Numbered from the stretch's first letter, positions 1 to 11,146 are shown. The stretch: DNA of 64,000 nt from Pseudomonadota bacterium (GCA_021324855.1 JAJPIG010000011.1:130877-194876), one strand, 5' to 3'. Notes: generated from the letters alone by a model not told the origin. Numbers and translations: made by a program.

Positions 1-854
1 CGCGTTGCGAGGCGGAAAAGATCGCTGTTCGGATCGCCGAGCGCGGAGCCGACCTCGAAGTGATTCAGGCCGCGCAGCAAGACTAAATCGAAAAGCCGGC
101 CGAGCGGCTTGAGCATCGCGGCGAAATCCCGCGCCTGGCGCTGGAACTCGTGCGTCTCCTTCTCCCCGTACGCGATCGCGACCGGACACGGCAGACGATC
201 GAGATGGCGCGCCGGGCTCAGCTCCGCCTCTTCTTCCTTCGAGATCTTTACGTAGCTGCTACGCGCGCTGAGCATCACGGGCTCGAGATCGTACATCCCG
301 CTGACGCACAGCCCGCCCTTGATGATCGTGTTCGGCAAGTCGTGCATCCGCGGCCAATCGGTCACCAGCACATTGGCGGTCAGATGACCGCCTGAAGAGC
401 ATCCTGCAACGTAGAGCCGCTCGGGATCGCCGCCAAGTTCGCGCGCGTTGCGGTAGACCCACGCGACGCCGCGCCGCACCTGCGCGACCATGTCGGGCAA
501 TCGCACCTTCGGGATGTTCGCGAAATTGAGGACGACGAAGTTCGCGCCCGCCGCAACGAACGCGGGCGCGGCGTAGCTCGAATCCTCCTTGCTGAGATTC
601 CGCCACGCACCGCCGTGGATGAACACGAGGATCGGCGCGCCCGGACTGGCGGCCGGAAACAGGTCGAGGGTCTCATCTTCGGTCGGTCCGTACGCGAGGC
701 TTGCGCGATGTTTGAGACGCGCGCGGGCCGCGGCGCTGCCGGTGGTCCATTGCTTGATGACCTCGTCGGCATTCGGCGCCCATGCGCGCTGATCGTAATT
801 GCGATCGAGTTCCGCCTGATCGTAATTGAGATAGACCTTCGGTCCGTCGCCCAT
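1..854 (-). CDS. Alpha/beta hydrolase, kynurenine formamidase/HSL-like (3' end runs off the window)
   Basis: Manual translation from ATG 854 (not in ORF track): MGDGPKVYLNYDQAELDRNYDQ...LDLFPA...VFIHGGAW...AGCSSGGHL...NHF. HGG oxyanion motif and GxSxG nucleophile elbow. Confidence 0.85.
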   Translation of the reverse strand, partial: MGDGPKVYLNYDQAELDRNYDQRAWAPNADEVIKQWTTGSAAARARLKHRASLAYGPTEDETLDLFPAASPGAPILVFIHGGAWRNLSKEDSSYAAPAFVAAGANFVVLNFANIPKVRLPDMVAQVRRGVAWVYRNARELGGDPERLYVAGCSSGGHLTANVLVTDWPRMHDLPNTIIKGGLCVSGMYDLEPVMLSARSSYVKISKEEEAELSPARHLDRLPCPVAIAYGEKETHEFQRQARDFAAMLKPLGRLFDLVLLRGLNHFEVGSALGDPNSDLFRLAT

Positions 855-908
855 GATGCTTCCTTGAATTTTCTTCTAGCCAACCGCGGCGCGATTCCGC
901 AACCGCGA

Positions 909-1148
909 TCACGATACGAAGCCGAGCTCCTTCAGCCGCTCGCGCGCCTCATCGGCGCGGTCCGCGTGCACCATCAGGCGCGTCGGCACCGCGGCGGTCG
1001 AGCCGAGCATCCGCGACGACTCGTCGTCGAAGACGAAGTTCTCGATTCCGGCCTCGGTCAGAAAATCGCGCGCGATGCTGACCTGAAACGAATCCATGCC
1101 GGCGAAAACCTCGACCAGCTCTGCGGGATCGAATCGATTATCGGCCAC
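909..1148 (-). CDS. DUF2007-like small protein
   Basis: Probable GTG start at 1148; sequence ...IARDFLTEAGIENFVFDDESSRMLG...RLMVHADRADEARERL fits the DUF2007 pattern. Confidence 0.65.
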   Translation of the reverse strand: MADNRFDPAELVEVFAGMDSFQVSIARDFLTEAGIENFVFDDESSRMLGSTAAVPTRLMVHADRADEARERLKELGFVS

Positions 1149-1812
1149 GTTCTGCCTCGCGGGATCGCGATTGATCGCAATCGGCAATGGCTGGATGGAA
1201 AGAAGCGATGCCGCGGACCCGGCGATAGAGCGCAAACGCGATCGCAATCGCGATCAAAACCGCGACCAAATTGTCGAAGCGGCGGAAATAAGGTCCGATC
1301 GATTCCCAGTGCTCGCCCAGCTTCATGCCGATCCACGCCAGCATCAGGCACCAGAGATATGAACCGGCGAGTGTGTAAACGCTGAAGGGCGTCAGGCGCA
1401 TCCGTGATACCCCGGCTGGAAACGCGATGAAGGTGCGCACCACCGGCAGCAAGCGTCCGATGAACACCGCGGCGCGGCCGAAGCGATCGAAAAAGCGATC
1501 GGCGATCGCGAGTTCGTGCGGAGTGATTAGGACGTAGCGGCCCCATCGCTCGAGCGCCCAGCGTCCGCCGCTCGCGCCGACCGTGTAGGCGGCGTACGAA
1601 CCGAGCAGGCATCCAAGCGCCCCGGCAATCGCGACCAATTGCAGGTTGAAGCGGCCGGTCGCGACCAGGTAGCCCGAAAACGGCATGATCACTTCGGACG
1701 GCAATGGGATGCACGCGCTTTCGATCGCCATCATCAGGATGACGCCGGCGTAGCCGAGCGCCGCGATAGTCGCGATCACGAACGCCGAGAGCACAGCCAG
1801 CATTTTGTACAT
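1138..1812 (-). CDS. DedA family membrane protein
   Basis: IESACIPLPSEVIMPFSG and FIGRLLPVVRTFIAFPAG motifs; hydrophobic helices. Confidence 0.92.
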   Translation of the reverse strand: MYKMLAVLSAFVIATIAALGYAGVILMMAIESACIPLPSEVIMPFSGYLVATGRFNLQLVAIAGALGCLLGSYAAYTVGASGGRWALERWGRYVLITPHELAIADRFFDRFGRAAVFIGRLLPVVRTFIAFPAGVSRMRLTPFSVYTLAGSYLWCLMLAWIGMKLGEHWESIGPYFRRFDNLVAVLIAIAIAFALYRRVRGIASFHPAIADCDQSRSREAERGR

Positions 1813-1911
1813 CGACGGCTTCAGTCCCCCGAATAGGGACAGGCTGCCATGCGCCGCCTTCGGAAGCGAGCGTCAGGCGATGATCGAGCGCGCGATGTTG
1901 AGGCGCGGGGA

Positions 1912-2091
1912 TTAGGCCGGAGCCGGCGCTTTGGGCGTTGATGGGATAGCCTGGACGCTTCCGCGCTCCAGACGCTCCAGGTAGCGGGTCAGGATTTTTG
2001 CCTTCAGCGCCTCGATTGGCTCGCGCGGAAGATTCGCGACCCTCTTGGGCGCGAACAGTGACGGCGAAATCTTGATATCGCTGTCGTTCAT
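1912..2091 (-). CDS. Uncalled 59-aa hypothetical protein downstream of the metallophosphoesterase
   Basis: Manual translation MNDSDIKISPSLFAPKRVANLPREPIEALKAKILTRYLERLERGSVQAIPSTPKAPAPA*; GGAG upstream of the ATG, which lies just past the stop of the 817-aa gene. Too short for the ORF track. Confidence 0.6.
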   Translation of the reverse strand: MNDSDIKISPSLFAPKRVANLPREPIEALKAKILTRYLERLERGSVQAIPSTPKAPAPA

Positions 2092-2105
2092 CCCGGCTCA
2101 CTCCG

Positions 2106-4559
2106 TTATTCGAGCATACGCTGCTGAATTGCGTCGAAGCAAGCTCCTGCCACCGCCGAGCGAAACTCCTCGAATTTGATGGCGAGCTTCTCCTCCGTCA
2201 GTTCCATCAGTTTCGATGCGCGACGTTTCGAGCCGATCGAGAGCACCGCGTAGACCGCATCGGGCTCATCGGGATGGCTCAGGGGAAGCGAAAGGATGAC
2301 TTCGTCTGAAATCTCGGAACCACTCTCGGAGACCACGCCGCCGTCGATCGGCACGAAGTAGAACGGGGCGCTCTCCAGCAGCGCGCGCTGCTTGATGAAC
2401 AGACGGCTGCGGCGGCTCTTGAACGCCCGCCCGGCGATACCCGCGCCGTACTTCAACCTGAGCCGCCAGCGCGGATCGTCGGCGACGAACGTGGCTGCGA
2501 CGATTCGCAACTCGCGCGCCTTCGCGTCGTAGGCCATCAGATCCAGATCGAGCGGATCTTCGGTGCGATCGGCAAGCCCGAAATGTTCGCGTGCGATCTC
2601 CTCAAGGGTGACCAACAGCGCGCGCATCGGATCGTCCGCGGAGGTCGGCGTCGCGAGGCCGAGGAGCCATTGCGACATATCGTGTACTGCGCCAACCAGC
2701 GCCGCGTTGGCACCAATTCTCGGCTCCGGCGCAAGCCGCCATCGCACCTGGTATCGCAGGCCGAGCGGAGGATGCGGGATGCGCAGAAAAAGCACGTTAA
2801 TTTCGCGGCTGTAGAAAAGATTCTGCCGCAACCGATCGGCGACGGCCGAGGCGGGCTGTCCGGAAACCGCGTGGGTTATCAGCAGTTCTGGTTGGCCGTC
2901 GATTACGAAACCCTGCGGGAAATTCACGATTACCACCAGCTCGGCATAGGGACAATGCTGCAGGGTAACCATCGCGGATTCGATCGGCGCGCCGGCGTCA
3001 CCGTACATCTCGCGGTACTGCTCCTGCGACATCGCGTAAGCGTTGATTCCCCAATAGCCCCAAGTGTAGTTGACGGGCGGATCTTCGAACGTGAGTTGCC
3101 GTCCGAAATCGATCGTGGCCGACTGCGACCCCGGCTTGGGATCGGGGTCGCGCTGCAACTGGAGCCCCGCGGTCCATCCGAGAGGCAGCGGATGGGCGTC
3201 GAAGCGTTCGACGCGCCCAACCAGCGATCCGGCGTTCACCTTGTACGGCAGCTTGTCGAGCGGCTGGGCGCCCTTGCCGATCTTGAAGCCCCAGATCTCG
3301 TAAACATGACGCGCGTCGCCGTCCTCATTGATGTTGATCAGCGACATCAGCGTGCCGCCGCTGAAGCCGCGCTGGTCAGCCGCCTCGATGAACTTGCGGC
3401 GTGCGGAAACCTCAGGCTCCTGCGCCCAGAATGCCTGTCCGGGCCGGAAAGTGCCGCCATCCGCGATGTAGGGCAGGACACGTGCGTTGCCGTCGGCTTC
3501 GATCGTCAGCAGATTGAAATTGAAGCCGAAGCGTCCGGGGCGTCGACCGGCGGTCGCGGTGCCCGCGGCCAGTACGCTCGCCTCGAACTGCTCGTTCATC
3601 CCGGCATTGATCGTGACGCGTGAAAAATGATGGTGATGCTTATGGCCGTGCAGCACCAACGGTATCCGCTGATTGCTGATCTCGCTCAGGAACGCACCCG
3701 CATCTTCCATGATCATCAGCGGTTCCTGGCTGGTGTCGTAAGGGATCGGCAGCGGATGATGGTGCAGCAGCGCAATTCGATAGCGCGGCTCGGGCGGCGG
3801 TTCATTCGGTTTGGAGCCGTCGAGGGTGCGCCATTCGGGCGGCTCCTGCGCCTTTACGAATTCCGCCGGACCGATCTCGCCGCGTGCATACTTGCGACCG
3901 CGCGACGAGGAATCGAACGGATAGATGGCGAGCCGAAGATCGGTCCAATGCGTCGGCCGAATCAGCAGATAACTTTTGAACGTTTTTGTGAAATCGCCGA
4001 AACAAGCCACTCGTGCAACCAACGCCGTAATGACAGCCGCGGCCACCGGATAAACTGCCCAGCCCCAGCCCAGGTTCGTGAACAACCGCAGGGCCGCGTA
4101 CAAAACGGCGCAGATGACGAGGCCGATAAGCGGGACCAGCCATTTGAGCCATCGGATCGGGCAGATGCCGAGCACGCGGACATCATGGTTGCCGGTCACG
4201 AGCAGCAGATTGTTGATCGGCGCGCCCGCCTGAGTTTTGGCCGATTCGCGGGCCAGCATCTCAAGGGCCTTGAGGGCGCGCTTGAGCGTCCAGCGAAAGG
4301 GGCTGTTGACGAGATCGCCCGTGACGATAATCAGATGCGGAGCGTGCTCGCGGACGATGCGGCGGAGATTGTTCCACAGCGGGCCGTTGAAGCCACGGCC
4401 GAAGTGAAGATCGGAAAGATGGGCGATGCGGATCGTGGAATCGTTGGGCGCGGATGCGGGCGCCGCGCCGGGAGCCAGTGGCGCAGGTTCGCCGGCGGCG
4501 GGAGGTTTCCCTCCGGGAGCGGGCTCGACCGGCGTCGCTTGCTCGATCGCGGCAGCCAT
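2106..4559 (-). CDS. Multidomain metallophosphoesterase (calcineurin-like/CpdA-type) with two inserted TM helices, central beta-rich region and C-terminal GAF-like domain
   Basis: Motifs SDLH, TGDL, GNHD, LHHHP, HGHKH; hydrophobic pair right after GNHD; C-terminus LRLKYGAGIAGRAF...ILSLPL...YAVLSIGS resembles GAF. Confidence 0.75.
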   Translation of the reverse strand: MAAAIEQATPVEPAPGGKPPAAGEPAPLAPGAAPASAPNDSTIRIAHLSDLHFGRGFNGPLWNNLRRIVREHAPHLIIVTGDLVNSPFRWTLKRALKALEMLARESAKTQAGAPINNLLLVTGNHDVRVLGICPIRWLKWLVPLIGLVICAVLYAALRLFTNLGWGWAVYPVAAAVITALVARVACFGDFTKTFKSYLLIRPTHWTDLRLAIYPFDSSSRGRKYARGEIGPAEFVKAQEPPEWRTLDGSKPNEPPPEPRYRIALLHHHPLPIPYDTSQEPLMIMEDAGAFLSEISNQRIPLVLHGHKHHHHFSRVTINAGMNEQFEASVLAAGTATAGRRPGRFGFNFNLLTIEADGNARVLPYIADGGTFRPGQAFWAQEPEVSARRKFIEAADQRGFSGGTLMSLININEDGDARHVYEIWGFKIGKGAQPLDKLPYKVNAGSLVGRVERFDAHPLPLGWTAGLQLQRDPDPKPGSQSATIDFGRQLTFEDPPVNYTWGYWGINAYAMSQEQYREMYGDAGAPIESAMVTLQHCPYAELVVIVNFPQGFVIDGQPELLITHAVSGQPASAVADRLRQNLFYSREINVLFLRIPHPPLGLRYQVRWRLAPEPRIGANAALVGAVHDMSQWLLGLATPTSADDPMRALLVTLEEIAREHFGLADRTEDPLDLDLMAYDAKARELRIVAATFVADDPRWRLRLKYGAGIAGRAFKSRRSRLFIKQRALLESAPFYFVPIDGGVVSESGSEISDEVILSLPLSHPDEPDAVYAVLSIGSKRRASKLMELTEEKLAIKFEEFRSAVAGACFDAIQQRMLE

Positions 4560-4782
4560 CAGCTCGGCAAGTTAGCGAGAGAGATGACAGTTTGTCTATC
4601 GGCCGGAGACGCTTCACCCGCGTGTCGCTTCACGGTATGTTGATGGTCATCACCGAGGGGGCCCAGTTTCGTTTGAACGCGCGCAAGCTTTGCACCCGCA
4701 GGCGATCGACGCTCGCGATTGGCTGGGCTGGGGGACCGGCCGCTGCGAGGTGCCTGATGACTGCTCAACGGGGGGCGCGATT

Positions 4783-5127
4783 TTGAAGCCAGCTAGGTTT
4801 GTCGATTTGTTCTGCGGCATCGGCGGAATGCGTTTGGCCTTCGAAAGCGTAGGGTGCCGCTGCGTCTTTTCCTCTGACTGGGATGTCCACGCACAGAAAA
4901 CCTACTTCGCAAACTTCGGTGAGGTGCCGGCCGGTGATATTAGGCAGATCGCTTCGTCGCAGATTCCAGAGCACGAAATTTTGACCGCCGGATTTCCATG
5001 CCAGCCGTTCTCAATATCGGGTGTTTCAAAAAAGAAGAGCTTGGGCCGCGCACACGGGTTCCGCGATCGAATTCAAGGGCCTCTTTTTTTTTGAGGTTGC
5101 CCGGATCATTCGTGAAAAGAAGCCGCG
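4783..5127 (+). pseudogene. DNA (cytosine-5) methyltransferase N-terminal remnant, frameshifted and truncated
   Basis: Motif I DLFCGIGG and motif IV GFPCQPFS. A T9 run (5084-5092) gives an immediate TGA; with one T fewer the frame reads LFFEVARIIREKKP, then homology stops before motif VI (ENV). Confidence 0.85.
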
Positions 5128-5154
5128 AATTTGTCCAAGGGAGGGACGAGCACG

Positions 5155-5415
5155 ATGCCTATCGCGACTAGGCGGAAGGCCGCCAAACCCAAGGTTCCAG
5201 TGACGCCGGATGACTTCGAGAACACCGAGAAGTTTCAGGAGCATCTCGCCAAGCTCTCGGAGGGATGGGCCAGTGTCATTCGATGCTACAGCTGCAAACA
5301 GGTGGTCATGATTGTGATCAAAGATTTCACGGACATCGTCGGCGACTACAACGAATGGGACAGCGACTCCAAAGCCGTCTGGTGCGCCCGCTGCAAGCCG
5401 CAGGAAATCCTGTAA
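5155..5415 (+). CDS. Small putative zinc-ribbon protein
   Basis: GGAGG upstream of ATG 5155; CYSC and CARC pairs. Confidence 0.6.
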   Translation: MPIATRRKAAKPKVPVTPDDFENTEKFQEHLAKLSEGWASVIRCYSCKQVVMIVIKDFTDIVGDYNEWDSDSKAVWCARCKPQEIL

Positions 5416-5481
5416 GCGAAGAGAAGCGAACCGGAACCGTCGACGTCGCGCCTTGCTAGGCTACGCGGAGGGGCGAGTAAG

Positions 5482-5718
5482 TTGGCTATTGTCAGGGAAC
5501 TGAAAATGCGAGTTTTAGAGTCGGACTCGCGACATACTGAGGCAGACGGCACTTATTCTATCGTCCACCGCTCAGACGGCAGCAAAGTTCTGCAGATCGA
5601 TACCTACGGCTCAAAACACCGCCGCCTTCCTGGCAAAGTGAGTCAATCGATCCGATTCTCGCCTGAAGCGCTCGAACAATTGAAAAAGATCCTCATGGAA
5701 AATTTCGGCGGCTCCTGA
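5482..5718 (+). CDS. Small conserved hypothetical protein (LQIDTYGS...GKVSQS family)
   Basis: From memory, this motif marks a small family often mislabelled 'methionyl-tRNA formyltransferase' and found near restriction/defence genes. TTG start with upstream GGAGG. Confidence 0.65.
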   Translation: MAIVRELKMRVLESDSRHTEADGTYSIVHRSDGSKVLQIDTYGSKHRRLPGKVSQSIRFSPEALEQLKKILMENFGGS

Positions 5719-5895
5719 ACACAACGGTTCTCCGATTTTCCGGCCTGCGGCCGACCCGTAAAGCTGGGCTTTGCCATCCTGCGCTTCTCCGCCATACGGC
5801 TTCACGCTATAAGTTAATCAACAAAATCGAGGGGCTTGCCCGGGACTGAATTCATCCTCCCGGTGCTCGGAACAGGCCGATTCCAGGAAATAGCC

Positions 5896-7227
<1,332 letters not shown>

Positions 7228-7238
7228 CGGCGACGGCG

Positions 7239-8192
7239 CTAGCCGATCACAAAACGCGTGCCGACGCTGTTTTGCACGAACGCGTCCGGGAATTCGCGCG
7301 CGATCGCGTGAGTCGCTTTCCATCCGGTGCAGTGCGCCGGCACGACCATCGCCGGACCGATGTCCTTGAGCGCCTCAATTGTCGGCGCGATGATCGGCTC
7401 GAAGATCGGGCCCGAGAGATGGAACCCGCCGATGATCGCGTGAATCCGGCGCACTCCCGTCAGTTCCTGGGCATAGCGGATTGTGTTGATCGCGCCCGCG
7501 TGACCGCATCCGGTGAGCACTACGAGTCCCTTGTCGCGAACGTTTACGACCAGCGCCTGATCGTCGTGGATTAGCGGGTCGCGCTGCCATTCCTTTCCGA
7601 TTTTCGCCCAATGGGTCGGAAAGCCGGTTTCAAACGGCGTCGAGCGATGAATCTGCCCGGTAATCAGAACTGAGTTGCCGAGCAGGTACGACGGGCCGCG
7701 TTCCTCGATCAACTCGATTCCGTCGTGGCGCAGGACGCGCTTGTCGGGCGGCGGCAGCGCCATCTCGTGACCGTCCGGGAAGACTACCTTCCGCTGCAGC
7801 ATCGCATCGGGATGGATCAACAGTGGCATCTTTTGGTGGCCCATCCGGCGAAGCATCCCGGCAAGGCCGTTCGTATGGTCGAGATGACCGTGGCTCAGCG
7901 CGATTGCATGAAGTTCGTTGGGCTTGATTTCCAGCACGTCGAGGTTGTGCATCAGGCCGTCGCGGCTGAGCCCGGCATCGAACAGGATCGCCTCGCCGGT
8001 GTTGCCGGAAAAGACGCGCACGATGGCTGAGAAGCCATGTTCGGCGCGCAGCACCTTCTCGCCGAGCCGTTTGCCGCGCGGGAATCGCTGAACGGTCTGA
8101 TTACCCGGAAGGAGCATGTCGGCGGTATTGTCGAGAACCGTGGTTATTTCGAGTCTATCGACTTCTTTGAGTTTTATAACATCGTTATTCAC
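7239..8192 (-). CDS. MBL-fold metallo-hydrolase
   Basis: AEHGFS, FDAG, SHGHLDH, GCGHAG, GGFHL and PAHCTG motifs. Confidence 0.9.
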   Translation of the reverse strand: MNNDVIKLKEVDRLEITTVLDNTADMLLPGNQTVQRFPRGKRLGEKVLRAEHGFSAIVRVFSGNTGEAILFDAGLSRDGLMHNLDVLEIKPNELHAIALSHGHLDHTNGLAGMLRRMGHQKMPLLIHPDAMLQRKVVFPDGHEMALPPPDKRVLRHDGIELIEERGPSYLLGNSVLITGQIHRSTPFETGFPTHWAKIGKEWQRDPLIHDDQALVVNVRDKGLVVLTGCGHAGAINTIRYAQELTGVRRIHAIIGGFHLSGPIFEPIIAPTIEALKDIGPAMVVPAHCTGWKATHAIAREFPDAFVQNSVGTRFVIG

Positions 8193-8406
8193 TTTGTCCT
8201 CCGTTCTCCACCGTCCGCACCCCGTATCACCGGCCTGTTACGCGACGTAATCAGAACGACACGGTTTCAGCTTAGACCTACTTTATTATGTCTTTACCAC
8301 CTTGATCATGCTTGACATTTTGTACGTAAAGTTAGATGGTGAAAACAGGGCGGAGGATGGATAGAGGGCTTTGGCAGAAGCATTGCCTACTTAAAATCTC
8401 GCGTAT

Positions 8407-8655
8407 ATGGCACAAACCATGGCTTCTGAAGACGAAATATTCACCATCAAGGAACTCTCCGAACATCTGCGCGTCCATCCGACAACCATCTATCGCCTCC
8501 TGAGACAGGGTCGATTGCCCGGCTTTCGCGTCGGCAGCAACTGGCGCTTCAGCCGCGAAGCGATCGAGCAATGGGAGCGCGATCAAGCCGGTCGATCGTC
8601 GGGCGTCTCGCGGCGCGGACAGCATAAAAAAGCGCGCGCGGCGGCTCCGAATTGA
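8407..8655 (+). CDS. Excisionase-like helix-turn-helix (HTH_17) DNA-binding protein
   Basis: FTIKELSEHLRVHPTTIYRLLRQGRLPGFRVGSNWRF. Confidence 0.9.
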   Translation: MAQTMASEDEIFTIKELSEHLRVHPTTIYRLLRQGRLPGFRVGSNWRFSREAIEQWERDQAGRSSGVSRRGQHKKARAAAPN

Positions 8656-8884
8656 TTCCGTTCCTCTCTTGCGCTCGTAGTCTAGCACGATCTGATTGAT
8701 TCGTTTCTTTGATGCACTTTCAGGCAGCCTGCGCTGAACGTCGCATCTGAATCTTCACCCGCTCGGCGTCGTCAACTGATGCACGCATCGCGACAGTTCG
8801 ATTCGCGATACTTGCGCGATTCCGACCCGCGATGCTAACCCGGAAGTTGGATTCGATGCATCTGCCGTAAGAGGAGGCATCCCG

Positions 8885-9529
8885 ATGGCCGACATACCGA
8901 AGTGGCGTGTCGCGGGGGATTGGTTCGATGTCTGTAGTTGCGACATCCCGTGCCCGTGCGAGTTCGCTCAGCCGCCCACCAATGACCGATGCTTCGGCGT
9001 GCTCGCCTATCATGTTCGCGAAGGCCGCTTCGGCGATGTCGCGCTGAACGGTCTCAACCTGGTTCTGGTCGCCTCATTCAGCGGCAATCTATGGGCGGGG
9101 AAGGCGCGCGACCTGCGGATGGGTCTGTTCCTCGATGCGCGCGCGAATGATCGGCAGCGCGATGCGCTCGGGATGATCTTCGGCGGACAGGCGGGCGGCT
9201 TCCCGGCGTGGCTCAACGGGGTCACCGGGCATGCGCAGATGCTCGGTATGGAAGTCGCGCCAATCAAGTTCGAAGTCGCCGCCGATCTCACCAGTTGGAG
9301 CGCCGAGATCGCGGGCAAGGTGAATGCAGCCGCGCGCGCCCTTGGCGGACCGACCACGCCCAAGGGCAAGCTAGTGCAGACGCTCAATCCGCCGGGCTCC
9401 GAGACCGGCGGCGCGGTCGCGACCTGGGGTGACACGACAGCGAACCGCGTCGACGCGATGGGCCTCAAGTGGGACATTACCGGCAAATCGAGCAAGCACA
9501 TCCCCTTCGATTGGTCCGGCCCGGGCTGA
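8885..9529 (+). CDS. DUF1326 family protein
   Basis: GDWFDVCSCDIPCPC...PPT...CFG N-terminal motif; AGGAGG RBS. Confidence 0.88.
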   Translation: MADIPKWRVAGDWFDVCSCDIPCPCEFAQPPTNDRCFGVLAYHVREGRFGDVALNGLNLVLVASFSGNLWAGKARDLRMGLFLDARANDRQRDALGMIFGGQAGGFPAWLNGVTGHAQMLGMEVAPIKFEVAADLTSWSAEIAGKVNAAARALGGPTTPKGKLVQTLNPPGSETGGAVATWGDTTANRVDAMGLKWDITGKSSKHIPFDWSGPG

Positions 9530-9715
9530 TCGCGCGGAAACGTTTTTCGGAAACCTTTAGACCGTCGCGTCCCGCTCGCACTTCCATCGGGTTTCACCCG
9601 GGCGCTGCGAGCTTTTCAGAGCATGCCGAGCCGCGGATGAAGGCTCTTCCGCTCCTGACGAACTACTTTTTGCACGATCCCGGCGCAATTACACTTGGTG
9701 TCAAACTCAAAGGTC

Positions 9716-10528
9716 TTACCTCCCAAACGGTGCCCAGATTGTTCCCCGCTTCGGCGAGAGAAATTCGTCGATGGGCGTGTCTCTCTTCTCGACCACCGCC
9801 ACGAACGGATACAGATGTACCGACCGCACGGCCGATTGAAACGCAGTCGCCGTGCAGACCAGCCGTCGATCCTGGTTGTCGAAATTCCGTTCCCATCGCT
9901 GGCTCGCATTTAGATTACTCGCGAATCCGTAGATATATGCTGCGAATCTGTTGTGGGCGAAGTGGAGATCCTCGCATAGATAGACGCCGCCTGCCCGCAA
10001 GTGTGGAAGCAGTTCCTCGAATGTGGCTATCTGCTGTTCGCTCTGATGCCCCCCATCGTCGATGACGATATCGAGCTCTGGTACATCCTTTTTGAACTGT
10101 CTCCAAAACCCGCGGTCGGCCTGATCACCAATGAAAACCTTGATTGAACCGTCCTCGTAGGCCTTGCAGGCCGGTTCGATGTCGACGCCGTAGATCCTGG
10201 CTTTTGGACCGAAATACTCCCTCCACATTTCGAGACTGCCGCCGCTGTAAATCCCGATTTCAAGGATATGAACTTCCCTTCCCCGAAATCGGCTGAAGTG
10301 CCTGTCATAAATGTCGAAGTAGTGTTTCCACTTCCAGATTCCATGCCCTTCCTTACGGGCCTCGAAAAACTTCTCCAGATCGCTCTGCTCGGCTTGTGGC
10401 CCTTTCGTCCCTGAACGGCAGGGCCAGAGCTTTGAACGGCGCCAGTTCGAATAGCCGCGCCGGAACGAATTCATCTGTGGCACGGCCGACGCGAGCCGCC
10501 TAAAGGGTCTTGTCACCTTTCTAAACAT
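9716..10528 (-). CDS. Class I SAM-dependent methyltransferase (MycE-like sugar O-methyltransferase type)
   Basis: KWKHYFDIY, ILEIGIYSGGSLEMW, GVDI, DIVIDDGGH and GGVYLCED motifs; AT-richer than core genes. Confidence 0.85.
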   Translation of the reverse strand: MFRKVTRPFRRLASAVPQMNSFRRGYSNWRRSKLWPCRSGTKGPQAEQSDLEKFFEARKEGHGIWKWKHYFDIYDRHFSRFRGREVHILEIGIYSGGSLEMWREYFGPKARIYGVDIEPACKAYEDGSIKVFIGDQADRGFWRQFKKDVPELDIVIDDGGHQSEQQIATFEELLPHLRAGGVYLCEDLHFAHNRFAAYIYGFASNLNASQRWERNFDNQDRRLVCTATAFQSAVRSVHLYPFVAVVEKRDTPIDEFLSPKRGTIWAPFGR

Positions 10529-10909
10529 CAATTGCACCGAAGAAAATCTCGCGCCTCGAAGCTCCGGGGCGCGGCCGTAAGGATCGCATGAGGTTCTCGC
10601 CGAGTGTCTAAAAAAAACGGTGGCGGGTGCGAAACATTTGCTAACATGGGTACTTTCAAGATCATTTCTGGCGTACGCGCGCTAAGCGCAATGGCGCAGA
10701 ATTGATTCCCTTCGATCCTTTCCGCAAAGCACAACCGCCAAACGTTCCCGGCGATGTAGCTCTAAAAGACACCGATCTGCGATGTCAAGCTGCGCCTCGA
10801 TCGACAGGCAGGCGGAAGATTTTTAGTCACGTGTCGTGGTTTTTCCCTGTTTAAGAAGAGTCAAGCCTCCTTAATTCGTCTTAACGGACCCCTAATCAGG
10901 AGGAGGAAA

Positions 10910-11146
10910 ATGAGAATTCACGCGGGCGCCAGCGCCGTCACACGCCTTCAGGATCAAGCGGCAGCATCTGGTGCTGCAGGCCGAAACTGCCGGGGAAAAC
11001 TGTGGGCTAATCTCGTTGGTGTTGGCTGTATTTGCGGCCTCTTCGCTCACTTACGCGGACATCACACATACGTGCATGATCCCGACGGCCGCCTGGTGGG
11101 CGTCATCGATGCGTCAGGAAACGTAGTGACATACGTTGGGAACTGA
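10910..11146 (+). pseudogene. N-terminal remnant of a signal-peptide-bearing YD-repeat (Rhs-like) protein
   Basis: AGGAGGAGG RBS before ATG 10910. An alternate frame reads GLISLVLAVFAASSLTYA-DIT (signal peptide); a 2-nt CA duplication shifts it into YVHDPDGRLVGVIDASGNVVTY (YD repeat). Confidence 0.75.

Noticed and set aside
5084-5092. T9 tract as a functional phase-variation switch
   Set aside because: The corrected frame still lacks methyltransferase motifs VI-X.
8312-8340. Sigma-70 promoter (TTGACA) upstream of the HTH gene
   Set aside because: No convincing -10 hexamer at 16-18 nt spacing.
8407-8655. Excisionase-like gene as a prophage/ICE marker
   Set aside because: No integrase, att repeat, tRNA or phage genes nearby; stand-alone HTH_17 regulators are common.
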